Virus record (IMG/VR): IMGVR_UViG_3300027751_000029
Span: 1-38,258 of that record
DNA: 38,258 bases
Reading direction: 5' to 3' (one strand)
Source of the DNA: a virus
Lineage: Duplodnaviria; Caudoviricetes
Below the pieces are notes generated by a model. The model was not told where the DNA came from, did no database searches, and saw nothing but the letters and a program-made list of their open reading frames with translations. Position 1 is the stretch's first letter, and the number at the start of each line of letters is the position of its first letter. Shown piece by piece: positions 24,449-33,579 of the stretch. The translations under genes were made by a program, and so were the position numbers.

Positions 24449-24476
24449 ATTATATACTCATTGAGTGCATAAGCAA
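24449..24476 (-). promoter_or_regulatory. Sigma70-like promoter with palindromic operator
   Basis: TTGCTT-N16-TATAAT; palindrome TTATatACTCAtTGAGTgcATAA (24450-24472) spans the spacer. Confidence 0.7.
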
Positions 24477-24540
24477 GCACTTTATGAATTATTTTGCAGA
24501 GATGCAGAAAAGATACATCTACCCTGCGTAATGCAGATTC

Positions 24541-24569
24541 GCCCACTCATGCAGTGGGCTTTTTTATTT
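24541..24569 (+). terminator. Rho-independent terminator upstream of terS
   Basis: GCCCACT-catgc-AGTGGGC + TTTTTTATTT. Confidence 0.75.
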
Positions 24570-24609
24570 GTAACTAATGCTTGGGCTACCCCATGCAGGA
24601 GTAAAGAAA

Positions 24610-24939
24610 ATGTCACACGTAGGAGCGCCAGAAGGAAATAACAATTCCAATAAAAACAATAGGTTATGGGCGAATACAATTAAGCGTGCTATTGCACAAT
24701 CAGATGGAGAGCGCTTAAGAAAAATAGCTGAGGCCTTATTAGATAAAGCAGAGCAAGGCGACATGGCTGCGATCAAAGAGCTTGGCGACAGAATCGACGG
24801 TAGGGCGCATCAAGCTATTGAGCAGACCACAGAACACAAAGGCACGATAGAACATAACCACGTGCATGTGCCAGATTTAACACCTGAACAATGGATGGAA
24901 GCGCATGGGCTGGGAACCGCAAGCCGGGCCACAAAGTAG
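24610..24939 (+). CDS. terS: Terminase small subunit
   Basis: GAPEGNNN start, A..GDMAAIKEL.DRIDGR..Q motif, AGGAG RBS, precedes terL. Confidence 0.75.
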   Translation: MSHVGAPEGNNNSNKNNRLWANTIKRAIAQSDGERLRKIAEALLDKAEQGDMAAIKELGDRIDGRAHQAIEQTTEHKGTIEHNHVHVPDLTPEQWMEAHGLGTASRATK

Positions 24940-26299
24940 CGCGATAACTGCGAAGTTTATCGATGAGCTTTTTTTCGGTGGTGCGCGTGGCGGCGGAAAG
25001 TCGGATTATCTATTGGGCGACTTTCTTGAGGGTATAAGGCACGGCGCGGCATGGCGCGGGATCATCTTCCGAAAGACATACAACGAACTAGAAGAATTGC
25101 AGATCAGGGCGCGTGAAATATTCCCCGAGTATGGTGGTCAATATAAATCTGCGACAAGCTCAGAATTTCCGTTCTCTAATTGCTGGTATTTCCCCGGTGG
25201 CGCTACTTTAAAGATGCGCTACCTTGAGCATGAGCGCGATGCAGACGGCTATCAAGGTCATCAATACACATGGATCGGCTTTGATGAGCTAACCAACCAT
25301 GCAACGCCATACGGGTACAACAAACTGAAAGCATGTTTGCGCAACCCAAGCGGATTGCATGGGCGTATTAGATCAGGGGGCAACCCCGGGGGTAAGGGTC
25401 ATATTTGGGTTAAGGCGAGGTTTATTGATGTTGCGCCGCCATATATGCCATACACAGACCCAGAAACAGGGTTGACGCGTATTTTCATACCATCAAAAAT
25501 TACGGACAACAAGTTTTTGAAAGACAACAAACAGTATGTGGCATTACTGAAGTCATCCGGTTCTACTGAGTTAGTGAAAGCTTGGCTGGATGGTGATTGG
25601 GATGTTATTGCAGGCGCGTTCTTCGATTGTTGGAATCGCGATAAGCACGTTATTACGCCATTTGAAATACCGAAGAGTTGGCCGCGATTTAGGTCATTCG
25701 ATTGGGGCAGCGCAAAACCGCATAGTGTTGGTTGGTGGGCGATTGCTGAGGGCGACACAGACCACCCTCGTGGGGCATTGATTCGTTACCGTGAGTGGTA
25801 CGGAGCGAGGGAGCCAAACGTAGGTTTAAAAATGACGGCGGAAGAAGTGGCGGACGGTATTAGGCGGCGTGACGCTGGAGAGAAGTTCGCGTACTCAGTG
25901 GCTGATCCAAGTTGCTGGAAAGTTGATGGTGGTCCATCTATTGCAGAGCGCATGTTGAAATTAGGTGTGTTGTGGCGTAGGGCAGACAATCAGCGCATCA
26001 ACGGGTGGGATCAAATGCGACAACGGTTTGTTGGTATGGATGACGTGTCAATGATTTACTGCTTTAACACTTGCACCGACAGCATTAGAACAGTGCCATT
26101 GTTGCAGCATGATGAAGTGCATCCAGAAGACATTGATACGGACATGGAAGACCATGCGGCCGATGACTGGCGTTATGCATGTATGTCGAGGCCGTGGCAA
26201 AAACCAATGCCATCAAACGCGCCCACACGCTGGCCGCAAGATCGAACAATTAACGAAATAATCAGGCGTCAAACACGACGCAATCGGGGTGATGAATGA
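24905..26299 (+). CDS. terL: Terminase large subunit
   Basis: PQ.GPQ, GGARGGGKS Walker A, IGFDE Walker B, GNPGG, RSFDWG and EDHAADDWRY nuclease motifs. Confidence 0.95.
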   Translation: MGWEPQAGPQSSAITAKFIDELFFGGARGGGKSDYLLGDFLEGIRHGAAWRGIIFRKTYNELEELQIRAREIFPEYGGQYKSATSSEFPFSNCWYFPGGATLKMRYLEHERDADGYQGHQYTWIGFDELTNHATPYGYNKLKACLRNPSGLHGRIRSGGNPGGKGHIWVKARFIDVAPPYMPYTDPETGLTRIFIPSKITDNKFLKDNKQYVALLKSSGSTELVKAWLDGDWDVIAGAFFDCWNRDKHVITPFEIPKSWPRFRSFDWGSAKPHSVGWWAIAEGDTDHPRGALIRYREWYGAREPNVGLKMTAEEVADGIRRRDAGEKFAYSVADPSCWKVDGGPSIAERMLKLGVLWRRADNQRINGWDQMRQRFVGMDDVSMIYCFNTCTDSIRTVPLLQHDEVHPEDIDTDMEDHAADDWRYACMSRPWQKPMPSNAPTRWPQDRTINEIIRRQTRRNRGDE

Positions 26300-26541
26300 G
26301 CCAAGTGACAGCACAGACATATAACGGGGTTGCAGCAATAACGCCAAGTGATACCACGTTAATCAATTGCCGCGCTATCTATGTCGGTGGCGCTGGTGCG
26401 GTGGCAATATCACCCAATCCGACTGGTGCGGCTGTGACCTTGTCCGCTGTACCTGTCGGCACAATTTTGCCAATCTCGCTTGATCAAGGCCGCATCATGT
26501 CAACAGGCACGACAGCAACTTTGTTAGTGGCGCTTGACTAG
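26296..26541 (+). CDS. Head spike base-like protein (RcGTA rcc01079-like)
   Basis: AAITPSD......RAIYVGGAG.V...VPVGTILPI...RI.STGTTAT.LVAL. Confidence 0.7.
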   Translation: MSQVTAQTYNGVAAITPSDTTLINCRAIYVGGAGAVAISPNPTGAAVTLSAVPVGTILPISLDQGRIMSTGTTATLLVALD

Positions 26542-26542
26542 T

Positions 26543-28981
26543 ATGACGTCAGATGTAGGCGCTAACGCGTCGAGCTTAGAGTTAAAAGACGATCTGGGGC
26601 AATCACCCGAGGCCGTTGCACGTCGCTGGAAACTTGAGCTTAAACTTGCTGATAAGCGTGAGCAAGAGTGGCGCAAGAAGGCCACGGCGATCTATAAGCA
26701 ATACACACCAGAATCGCCCAAGGCGAATAGTTTCAATATCTTGTGGTCGAACACTGAAACGCTGCGCCAGTCCGTCTATAACTCACTGCCTGAGCCGGAT
26801 GCACGTCGTCGCTATTCTGATGATGACGAGTTAGGCGAAAAGGTGGGCGAGGTAATTACACGTGCTCTAGAGTTCGCGCAAGACACATATGATTTTGATG
26901 CGGTGCTTAAGGGTGATGTGTTGAGCATGTTGTTAGCTGGTCGTGCAGTGTCACGCGTTCGTTATGTGCCTGACATTCGCACCATTGGCGGTGAAGACAG
27001 CGGGCAGGACGACGACACGCAAGAATCTGACACATACGAGGAAATCGAGTGGGAGCAGGTCATTTGCGAGCGTGTGCAATGGGATGATTTTCGTATAAGC
27101 GCAGGCAAGATATGGGATGAAGTGTGCTGGATTGCGTTCCGGCACAGACTGACACGTGAGGATTGCATCGAGAAATTCGGTGAGCAAGTCGGTAAAGCTA
27201 TCCCGTTGGATTCAGTCGATGACGACGACGTCAAGAAGTCCAAAGACAATGGCGACCTGTTCAAGACCGCTGAAGTCTGGGAAATCTGGGATAAAGACAA
27301 AAAACAAGTGCATTGGATATGTCCCACCTATCCCACACCATGCAAGACGCAAAATGACCCGCTGAAACTGAGCGGGTTTTTTTGTGTCCCTCGTCCGCTC
27401 TATGCAATAGAAAACGATCAAACGCTTGTTCCTACAGCGTTATTTTCGCAGTACGAGCAGCAGGCATTAGAGCTTAATCGCATCTCAACGCGCATTAATA
27501 AGCTGATCTCGGCGTTAAAAGTGCGTGGCGTCTACGATTCGACACTGACAGAGTTGTCGGAGTTAATGAAGGGCGATGACAACGACCTGATACCAGCGGC
27601 AAACGTCACGGCATTGCTTGACCGGGGCGGTCTGGATAAAGCCATCTGGATGATGCCAATTGACACCGCTGCGATGGTGCTCAAAGAGTTGTACGCACAA
27701 CGTGACGCAACCAAGCAGGTGATCTACGAGATTACGGGCATTAGCGACATCATGCGCAGTGCCAGTGATCCTAACGAGACATACGGCGCACAGAAGATTA
27801 AGACGCAGTGGGGCACACAACGATTGCAGCGTATGCAGCGTGAGACACAGCGTTATATCCGCGATTTGATCAGGCTGAAGGCTGAAATCATAGCGGAGAA
27901 GTTCCAGCCTGAAACGCTTGAAGCAATGACTTTGCTCAAATACCCGCATCAATCTGATGTTGACGCGCAGATGATGCAGTACCAGCAAGCAGCAATGCAA
28001 GCTCAAATGCAAGGGCAACAGCCACCACAGCCGCCACAAACTCAAATCACATGGGAACAGGTCATTGAGGCCATGCGCAGTGATGCAACACGCACGTACC
28101 GCATTGATATCGAGACAGATAGCACACTATCCGCAACGCAAGACAGCGACATGCAGGGCATGAAGGAGCTATTGACCGGCCTCTCTCAGATCATGCAAGG
28201 GTTCGCGCCTGCAGTGCAAGAAGGTGCAATGAGTGTTGATGTGCTCAAGGAGTTGATGCTGGTAGTCACACGTCGCGCAAGGATGGGAACGGCTGTCGAG
28301 GATGTGATTAACAAGATAGCACAGCCGCAAATCAAGGGCGACCCAGAGCAAGCCAAGGCACAAGCAGCAGCACAACAGCAGCAAGCACAGCAGCAGCATG
28401 AAGCACAACTAGAACAATTCAAATCGCAGCTACAAGACCAACAGCATCAACGCGAGCTACAGGCCAAAGCGCAAGCAGAGCAATTCAAAGCGCAGACAAC
28501 AATGGAAGTTGAGCGTCACAAGCAGCAGATGCAAGACGCGCAGATTCAGCGACAGAACGACATGGAAGCACAACGCAACGCACAGTTGGCAGAGCTTGAA
28601 CATGCGCGTGAGGTGCAGCGTATGCAATTGGATGCTGAGTCCGAAGCCAGAAAACTAGAGTTTGACCGCTGGAAGACTGACATCGAAGCGAGTACAAAAA
28701 TCACTGTCGCGCAGATAGCCGCTCAATCTGCCATGGATCAAACATTGGCCAAGGCAGAGCAATCAGCAAATGAGCGAGTTGCGCAAGAGGTCAAGCCAGA
28801 TAACAGTGAAACAATGAACGCTATTGCAGAGCTGGGTGGACGTGTAGAAGAGATTTTGAAGCACATGCAAGCGCCTCGCAAGATTGTGCGTGATGCAAAC
28901 GGCAAGGCTGTCGGCGTGGATGTGGGCGGCGTGGTGAAAACAATTAATCGCGGCGCAGATGGCCGTATGGAGGGTGTGTAA
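26543..28981 (+). CDS. Portal protein with long coiled-coil barrel
   Basis: FNILWSN..., YEITGISDIMR, ET.GAQ.IK, YRIDIETDST; Q-rich C-terminal helix as in P22-like portals. Confidence 0.9.
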   Translation: MTSDVGANASSLELKDDLGQSPEAVARRWKLELKLADKREQEWRKKATAIYKQYTPESPKANSFNILWSNTETLRQSVYNSLPEPDARRRYSDDDELGEKVGEVITRALEFAQDTYDFDAVLKGDVLSMLLAGRAVSRVRYVPDIRTIGGEDSGQDDDTQESDTYEEIEWEQVICERVQWDDFRISAGKIWDEVCWIAFRHRLTREDCIEKFGEQVGKAIPLDSVDDDDVKKSKDNGDLFKTAEVWEIWDKDKKQVHWICPTYPTPCKTQNDPLKLSGFFCVPRPLYAIENDQTLVPTALFSQYEQQALELNRISTRINKLISALKVRGVYDSTLTELSELMKGDDNDLIPAANVTALLDRGGLDKAIWMMPIDTAAMVLKELYAQRDATKQVIYEITGISDIMRSASDPNETYGAQKIKTQWGTQRLQRMQRETQRYIRDLIRLKAEIIAEKFQPETLEAMTLLKYPHQSDVDAQMMQYQQAAMQAQMQGQQPPQPPQTQITWEQVIEAMRSDATRTYRIDIETDSTLSATQDSDMQGMKELLTGLSQIMQGFAPAVQEGAMSVDVLKELMLVVTRRARMGTAVEDVINKIAQPQIKGDPEQAKAQAAAQQQQAQQQHEAQLEQFKSQLQDQQHQRELQAKAQAEQFKAQTTMEVERHKQQMQDAQIQRQNDMEAQRNAQLAELEHAREVQRMQLDAESEARKLEFDRWKTDIEASTKITVAQIAAQSAMDQTLAKAEQSANERVAQEVKPDNSETMNAIAELGGRVEEILKHMQAPRKIVRDANGKAVGVDVGGVVKTINRGADGRMEGV

Positions 28982-29379
28982 TGGCTTTAGCATATGACGT
29001 AACAAGTATCCGCAATGCAATGCTCGACGCAATCACAACACGCGCAGGAGCTTCGGCACTACTGCGTATTTATGACGGCTCACGACCAGCCACAGGCGGT
29101 ACAGCAACAACGTTACTTGCTGAGTTGACCTGCAACGCCACATTTGCCCCTGCTGCGTCGGCTGGCGTTCTCACGCTTAACGCCATCACGCAAGACTCAA
29201 GCGCAAATGCATCGGGTACAGCAACATGGTTTCGCATCGTTAAATCTGACGGCACAACATTTGTTTTGGACGGCAACGTCGGTACATCGGGCAGCGATTT
29301 AAATTTGACGACAACAACAATCGTGATTACGCAACCTGTAAGCGTGACGTCGTTTGTAATAACTGAAGCGAATGCTTAA
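28981..29379 (+). CDS. Virion structural protein (head fibre/spike module)
   Basis: RNA.LDAI...LRIYDG.RP...A.ASGTATWFRI...DG.VG.SG.DLNL family. Confidence 0.7.
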   Translation: MALAYDVTSIRNAMLDAITTRAGASALLRIYDGSRPATGGTATTLLAELTCNATFAPAASAGVLTLNAITQDSSANASGTATWFRIVKSDGTTFVLDGNVGTSGSDLNLTTTTIVITQPVSVTSFVITEANA

Positions 29380-29381
29380 TC

Positions 29382-29828
29382 ATGGACTACGTAGAGTTAC
29401 GCGCAGAGATAGACAACGATCCAGAGTCATTAGGCTATGCATCTCATCTACCTGACGCCCCTGGCAGTGTAGTTGACTTGCTAAACGGCTATACAGGCAC
29501 GATGGTCAAGGCAATCAAAGCATCGACGGCCATGATGTGGGCGGCTGGCGGCGCGTACTCCACGATTGTAGACGCGAGTAATGATGTAAATCATCCGGCT
29601 CGTGCATCGTGTTTAGTTGTGCGTGAGGCGTTCGCATCAAGTCAAGAAATACATCTAGAGCTGCAGGCGATGCGCGACATGCTGACCGCGTGGGTATCAA
29701 CAAACGTAATCACGCAAGCACAGCATAACGCATTGATAGCTCTAGCCACGCAGCCAGCAAGCAGGGCTGAGGTACTGGGATTTAGCCGCGTCACAGAGCA
29801 AGACCTACGCGCAGCATTGGAGTTATAA
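29382..29828 (+). CDS. Hypothetical protein
   Basis: L.AEI..DP..LGY start and SRAEVLG end. Confidence 0.7.
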   Translation: MDYVELRAEIDNDPESLGYASHLPDAPGSVVDLLNGYTGTMVKAIKASTAMMWAAGGAYSTIVDASNDVNHPARASCLVVREAFASSQEIHLELQAMRDMLTAWVSTNVITQAQHNALIALATQPASRAEVLGFSRVTEQDLRAALEL

Positions 29829-29831
29829 AAA

Positions 29832-30290
29832 ATGGCAACGATTAAACAGATTGTAGGCACGCGCACATCGCTGGCATTCACCAGCACGTCATTATCTGCA
29901 TTAGCAAGCGCAACATATGTGCAAAACACTACTGCATATGATTGCACGACAAATCAACCTGTTGATGTGATTGTTGAGCTAAATGTTGCGACCACAAACA
30001 CGCCAGCAGGCAATAAACAAGTGGTTGTATTTTTACAGGAATCGTTAGACGGTACAAACTATCGATCTGGTCCGACTTCTGGCACTACAACGACACGAGA
30101 GCCTAACCTTTTATTCTTGGGTAGTGTGCCACTCACAACAGCCAGCACAACAGAAATAGGCACGTTTAGCGTGTTGCAGGCATTGGGCTATGTGCCGAAC
30201 AAGTTTTTCATTGTCGTTAAAAATGATTTAGGTGTTGCGCTTACATCTGGCACTGCCTTTACTAGCGAAATATCTAGCACGGTTGCGTAA
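29832..30290 (+). CDS. Putative virion beta-sandwich protein
   Basis: T-rich, SLDGTNY, P.KF.IVV.N..G.AL; GGAG RBS. Confidence 0.65.
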   Translation: MATIKQIVGTRTSLAFTSTSLSALASATYVQNTTAYDCTTNQPVDVIVELNVATTNTPAGNKQVVVFLQESLDGTNYRSGPTSGTTTTREPNLLFLGSVPLTTASTTEIGTFSVLQALGYVPNKFFIVVKNDLGVALTSGTAFTSEISSTVA

Positions 30291-31735
30291 TGGCGCTGAT
30301 TCTGCCAAACAGGTTTTACCGGCAACCAACAACGACACTGATAGATCAGGGCAACCCGATATCACGTGGGCTAAATAGCGGATATTTAGCATCAACTCGG
30401 TCATTTTTTGGCACTACAACTGCAGGTCAGACATCTCCAAACAGCACGTATCGCTATGACCAGCGATTCGGTATTGCTACGATGGGAACAATCGGCGCGA
30501 CAGCACTAGCAACAGTGTTTGCACCTGTGTCCGGTAGTAGCGACATGACGCTACTGAGTGTCTTTTTCCCTGCAACAGGTGTTAGTGAAACTTTTCCTGG
30601 GAACGTTGGGCAAACAAGTAACGCGATCTCGTTCGGTTTGTCGGTCGGTAATGGTACGACAAATGTCATACGCGGCAGATGCTACCTAAGTGGCACGCGG
30701 TATTTCGGCGGCAGCACGACAATTACGGATTTTAATAAGCCAATTGTCGCGGTGACGCGCCAAAAAGTTGGCGTAGAGCAGGCCTTATTTGTCAACGGTG
30801 TCAAAGACCCTACCACAACCGCGTTTGCAGGTGCCACGTTTAACACACAAAATATTGGCGTGGTTGGCGCAGGTGCTAATCAAGCACAATTTCTAGTCGG
30901 CTTGTGGGGCAGGGCGTTAAGTGACACTGAAATATGGGACTTAGCGCAAGACCCGTACCAGATATTTCATAGACCGAATCGCAGAATATGGGTTGATGTA
31001 ATTTCTTCTGGCGTTAGCGGCACATTAGCCACCACAAACGCCAACGACACAGTATCAGCAAGCGGCACGACTACGATAGTAGGCACGTTAGCTAAGACCA
31101 ACGCGGCAGACACAGTATCAGCTAGTGGCACCACAACGGTTACGGGCACGCTCGCAAAGACAAATGCCAATGATTCAGTTGTTGCTAGTGGTGCGGTTGG
31201 CAGCAGCATTACCGGCACAGTCGCTACGACCAATGCTAACGATACAAGCGCGGCGAGTGGGACAACAACAGTCACTGGCTCACTAGCCAAAACAAACACA
31301 AACGACAGCGTAAGCGCGAGCGGCACTACAACGATTGTCGGATCACTTGCCACAACTAACGCCAATGATAGTGTTGTTGCGAGTGGTGCGGCTGGTGCGG
31401 TTACGGGCACGGTTGCATACACAAACGCAAACGACACTGTAAGCGCAAGTGGAACGGCTGGCAACGAATCGACCAAAGTTGGCGGCGATGACGTACCGGA
31501 ACGCGTCGAGATATACGAGAAACGCAAAAAGCGCAAGAAAAACGACGATGCGCTTGATAGCGTTCTGCGCGATGCGATGGATAAAGCAATGGGGCGTGAG
31601 CCAGTTGCAAAGCCAGTCAAGCAAAAGCCTGTTGAAGTTATTGCAGAGCCTGAAGCGTTCGAATTCAAGGTTGAAAAGCCTTCTTCATATGATGATGAGG
31701 AAGACGAAGAATATTTATTGTTAATGATGGTGTGA
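30290..31735 (+). CDS. Head fibre-like protein: LamG/ConA-like domain + 7 tandem repeats + acidic/hydrophobic tail
   Basis: LFVNG and WGRALS..EI..L..DP LamG-like motifs; GxLAxTNANDxVxASG repeats; GGDD...DDEEDEEYLLLMMV. Confidence 0.65.
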   Translation: MALILPNRFYRQPTTTLIDQGNPISRGLNSGYLASTRSFFGTTTAGQTSPNSTYRYDQRFGIATMGTIGATALATVFAPVSGSSDMTLLSVFFPATGVSETFPGNVGQTSNAISFGLSVGNGTTNVIRGRCYLSGTRYFGGSTTITDFNKPIVAVTRQKVGVEQALFVNGVKDPTTTAFAGATFNTQNIGVVGAGANQAQFLVGLWGRALSDTEIWDLAQDPYQIFHRPNRRIWVDVISSGVSGTLATTNANDTVSASGTTTIVGTLAKTNAADTVSASGTTTVTGTLAKTNANDSVVASGAVGSSITGTVATTNANDTSAASGTTTVTGSLAKTNTNDSVSASGTTTIVGSLATTNANDSVVASGAAGAVTGTVAYTNANDTVSASGTAGNESTKVGGDDVPERVEIYEKRKKRKKNDDALDSVLRDAMDKAMGREPVAKPVKQKPVEVIAEPEAFEFKVEKPSSYDDEEDEEYLLLMMV

Positions 31736-31737
31736 CG

Positions 31738-32124
31738 ATGCCAATATATGAAGCGGTGTGTATGAAATGCGGCGACTATCATGAGTACGTTGCCACAATT
31801 GCCAATTGCTTAGATACGCCTATTTGCTGCGACACAAAGACAGAGAAGCGCATACTTTCTTCACCGATGGGCATAGTCGATATTCCGGCTTATGAGTCAC
31901 CGGCAACCGGCAAGTGGATCACATCCAGAAGCGAACGCAGGGAAGATTTGAAACGCTCAGGCTGCAGGGAATGGGAAGGCATCGCAACAGAGCGGCAAGA
32001 ATCTGAGAAACGCAAGGAGGAAGACGCAAAGAAAGCTGATGCTGCACTAGATCACACAGTAAGGAAAGCTTGGCAAGACCTACCGCAAAGCAAAAAAGCA
32101 GCAGCATTGGCAGCGACTAAATAA
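31738..32124 (+). CDS. FmdB-like zinc-ribbon phage protein
   Basis: MPIYE..C.KC...CC; Y.SP.TGK.ITSRS.RREDLKR.GC. Confidence 0.75.
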   Translation: MPIYEAVCMKCGDYHEYVATIANCLDTPICCDTKTEKRILSSPMGIVDIPAYESPATGKWITSRSERREDLKRSGCREWEGIATERQESEKRKEEDAKKADAALDHTVRKAWQDLPQSKKAAALAATK

Positions 32125-32134
32125 GGGGTAAATC

Positions 32135-32353
32135 ATGGCATGGACAGAAGCAGGCGTAAAAGCACAATCAACCGCAACAGCTCCTTTGGGGACAATAACA
32201 CTTTTTCGGTTGATAGGCGGGGAATATATTACTGATGTTTTTGCAATTGGAAATTCAGTCCCATGTCAAGGCCGTGTTAGATGGGTGCAGGTGTTGAACT
32301 CTGAGAATGATGCAGGGGCATACGCTGCCATTATCTCTGGGTTGTCGGCGTAA
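32135..32353 (+). CDS. Hypothetical protein
   Basis: AAGGGG RBS, 72 aa. Confidence 0.6.
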   Translation: MAWTEAGVKAQSTATAPLGTITLFRLIGGEYITDVFAIGNSVPCQGRVRWVQVLNSENDAGAYAAIISGLSA

Positions 32354-32443
32354 TGAACGCTGTTGGTTGCTGCATGGCTGTAAAAAATGGGCGGTAGGCT
32401 GGGCGCGTGGCAAATGAATTAGTTGTTGGGCAATCGACTAAGT

Positions 32444-32468
32444 AGGCACCTTCGGGTGCTTTTTTATT
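32444..32468 (+). terminator. Rho-independent terminator (cUUCGg)
   Basis: AGGCACC-TTCG-GGTGCTT + T run. Confidence 0.8.
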
Positions 32469-32535
32469 GCCTGAATCTTAACGCTGCGAAGCGCTGGGAG
32501 TCGGTGGAAATCCGGCTCATTGACGGGAGAAATAA

Positions 32536-33558
32536 ATGATCGAAAACGAAGGCGCTACCGCCGAAGTTGAAGAGCAAGTAATTGAAGAGCAGCCTAAGTC
32601 GATGGATGACACCATCCGTGAAACATTGCGGGGGCTGAAGGAAAGCGGTATTGAGCCAGTCGCAGAAGAAGCACCATTAGCGCCAGAAGAAAAGGCGCAA
32701 AAGCTGCGTGACGAGCAAGGTAAGTTCAAGGCAGAGCAAACGGAAGAAGTCGCTCCAGAATTACAAGAGCAACAGCCCGTAGACATTCCTAAAGCGCCGA
32801 ACACATGGAAGAAAGAAGCACAAGAGAAGTGGGCGACCGCTGACCCTGTAATCCGCGCAGAAGTAGAGCGGCGCGAGGCTGACTTCTTTAGAGGAATTGA
32901 GCAATACAAATCAGCCGCGCAGTTTGCGCAATCAATCGAAAAAGTTTTAACGCCTCACCTGCAAACAATCCAGTCACTGGGCATCACGCCAGATGTGGCG
33001 ATTGGTGAGCTGATGGCGGCTGACCACAAGCTGCGTTACGGATCACCAGAAGAGAAGAACGCGTATTTCGCGAGTCTAGCGCAGTCCTACGGCATTGACC
33101 TTGGCAACGTCCAAGCAATGCCAGCAGTAGACCTAAACATTAGCGCTTTGCAGAGGCAAGTTCAGCAGCTGCAAGGCCACATCCAAAACCAGCAATTAAT
33201 GGGGAAGCAGAAGGAAGAGGAATCGTACATCAACGAAATCAACTCTTTCAAAGCTGACCCGAAACATAGTCATTTCGAGAGTGTTAGAGGCCATATGTCC
33301 GCGCTACTACAAGCGGGGCACGCCAAAGACCTAGCAGATGCCTATGAGCAAGCCATCTATGCAAACCCAGCGACTAGAGCGGCAGTGCTTGCAGAACAGC
33401 AGGCAGCGGCAAAAGCGGAGGCAGCAAAGAAGGCGCAAGCGGCAAAAGAAGCGGCAAGCGTGAATGTTCGCGCACGTCCTTCCATGCCTGTATCGCAGCC
33501 CATAGGAACTATGGACGAAACCATTAGAGCAACCTTGCGCAGGATGCAGGGCGCTTAA
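32536..33558 (+). CDS. Capsid scaffolding protein
   Basis: Acidic N-terminus, RDEQGKF and AP.TW motifs, DL.DAYEQA; directly upstream of capsid gene. Confidence 0.8.
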   Translation: MIENEGATAEVEEQVIEEQPKSMDDTIRETLRGLKESGIEPVAEEAPLAPEEKAQKLRDEQGKFKAEQTEEVAPELQEQQPVDIPKAPNTWKKEAQEKWATADPVIRAEVERREADFFRGIEQYKSAAQFAQSIEKVLTPHLQTIQSLGITPDVAIGELMAADHKLRYGSPEEKNAYFASLAQSYGIDLGNVQAMPAVDLNISALQRQVQQLQGHIQNQQLMGKQKEEESYINEINSFKADPKHSHFESVRGHMSALLQAGHAKDLADAYEQAIYANPATRAAVLAEQQAAAKAEAAKKAQAAKEAASVNVRARPSMPVSQPIGTMDETIRATLRRMQGA

Positions 33559-33579
33559 ACATATTAAGGAGCATGAAAA

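Noticed and set aside
30967-31782. 271-aa minus-strand ORF
   Set aside because: Shadow of the repetitive T/A/S-rich plus-strand gene
32353-32445. Tiny ORF MNAVGCCMAVKNGR with possible TAG read-through
   Set aside because: Too short, no support; may be a gene remnant
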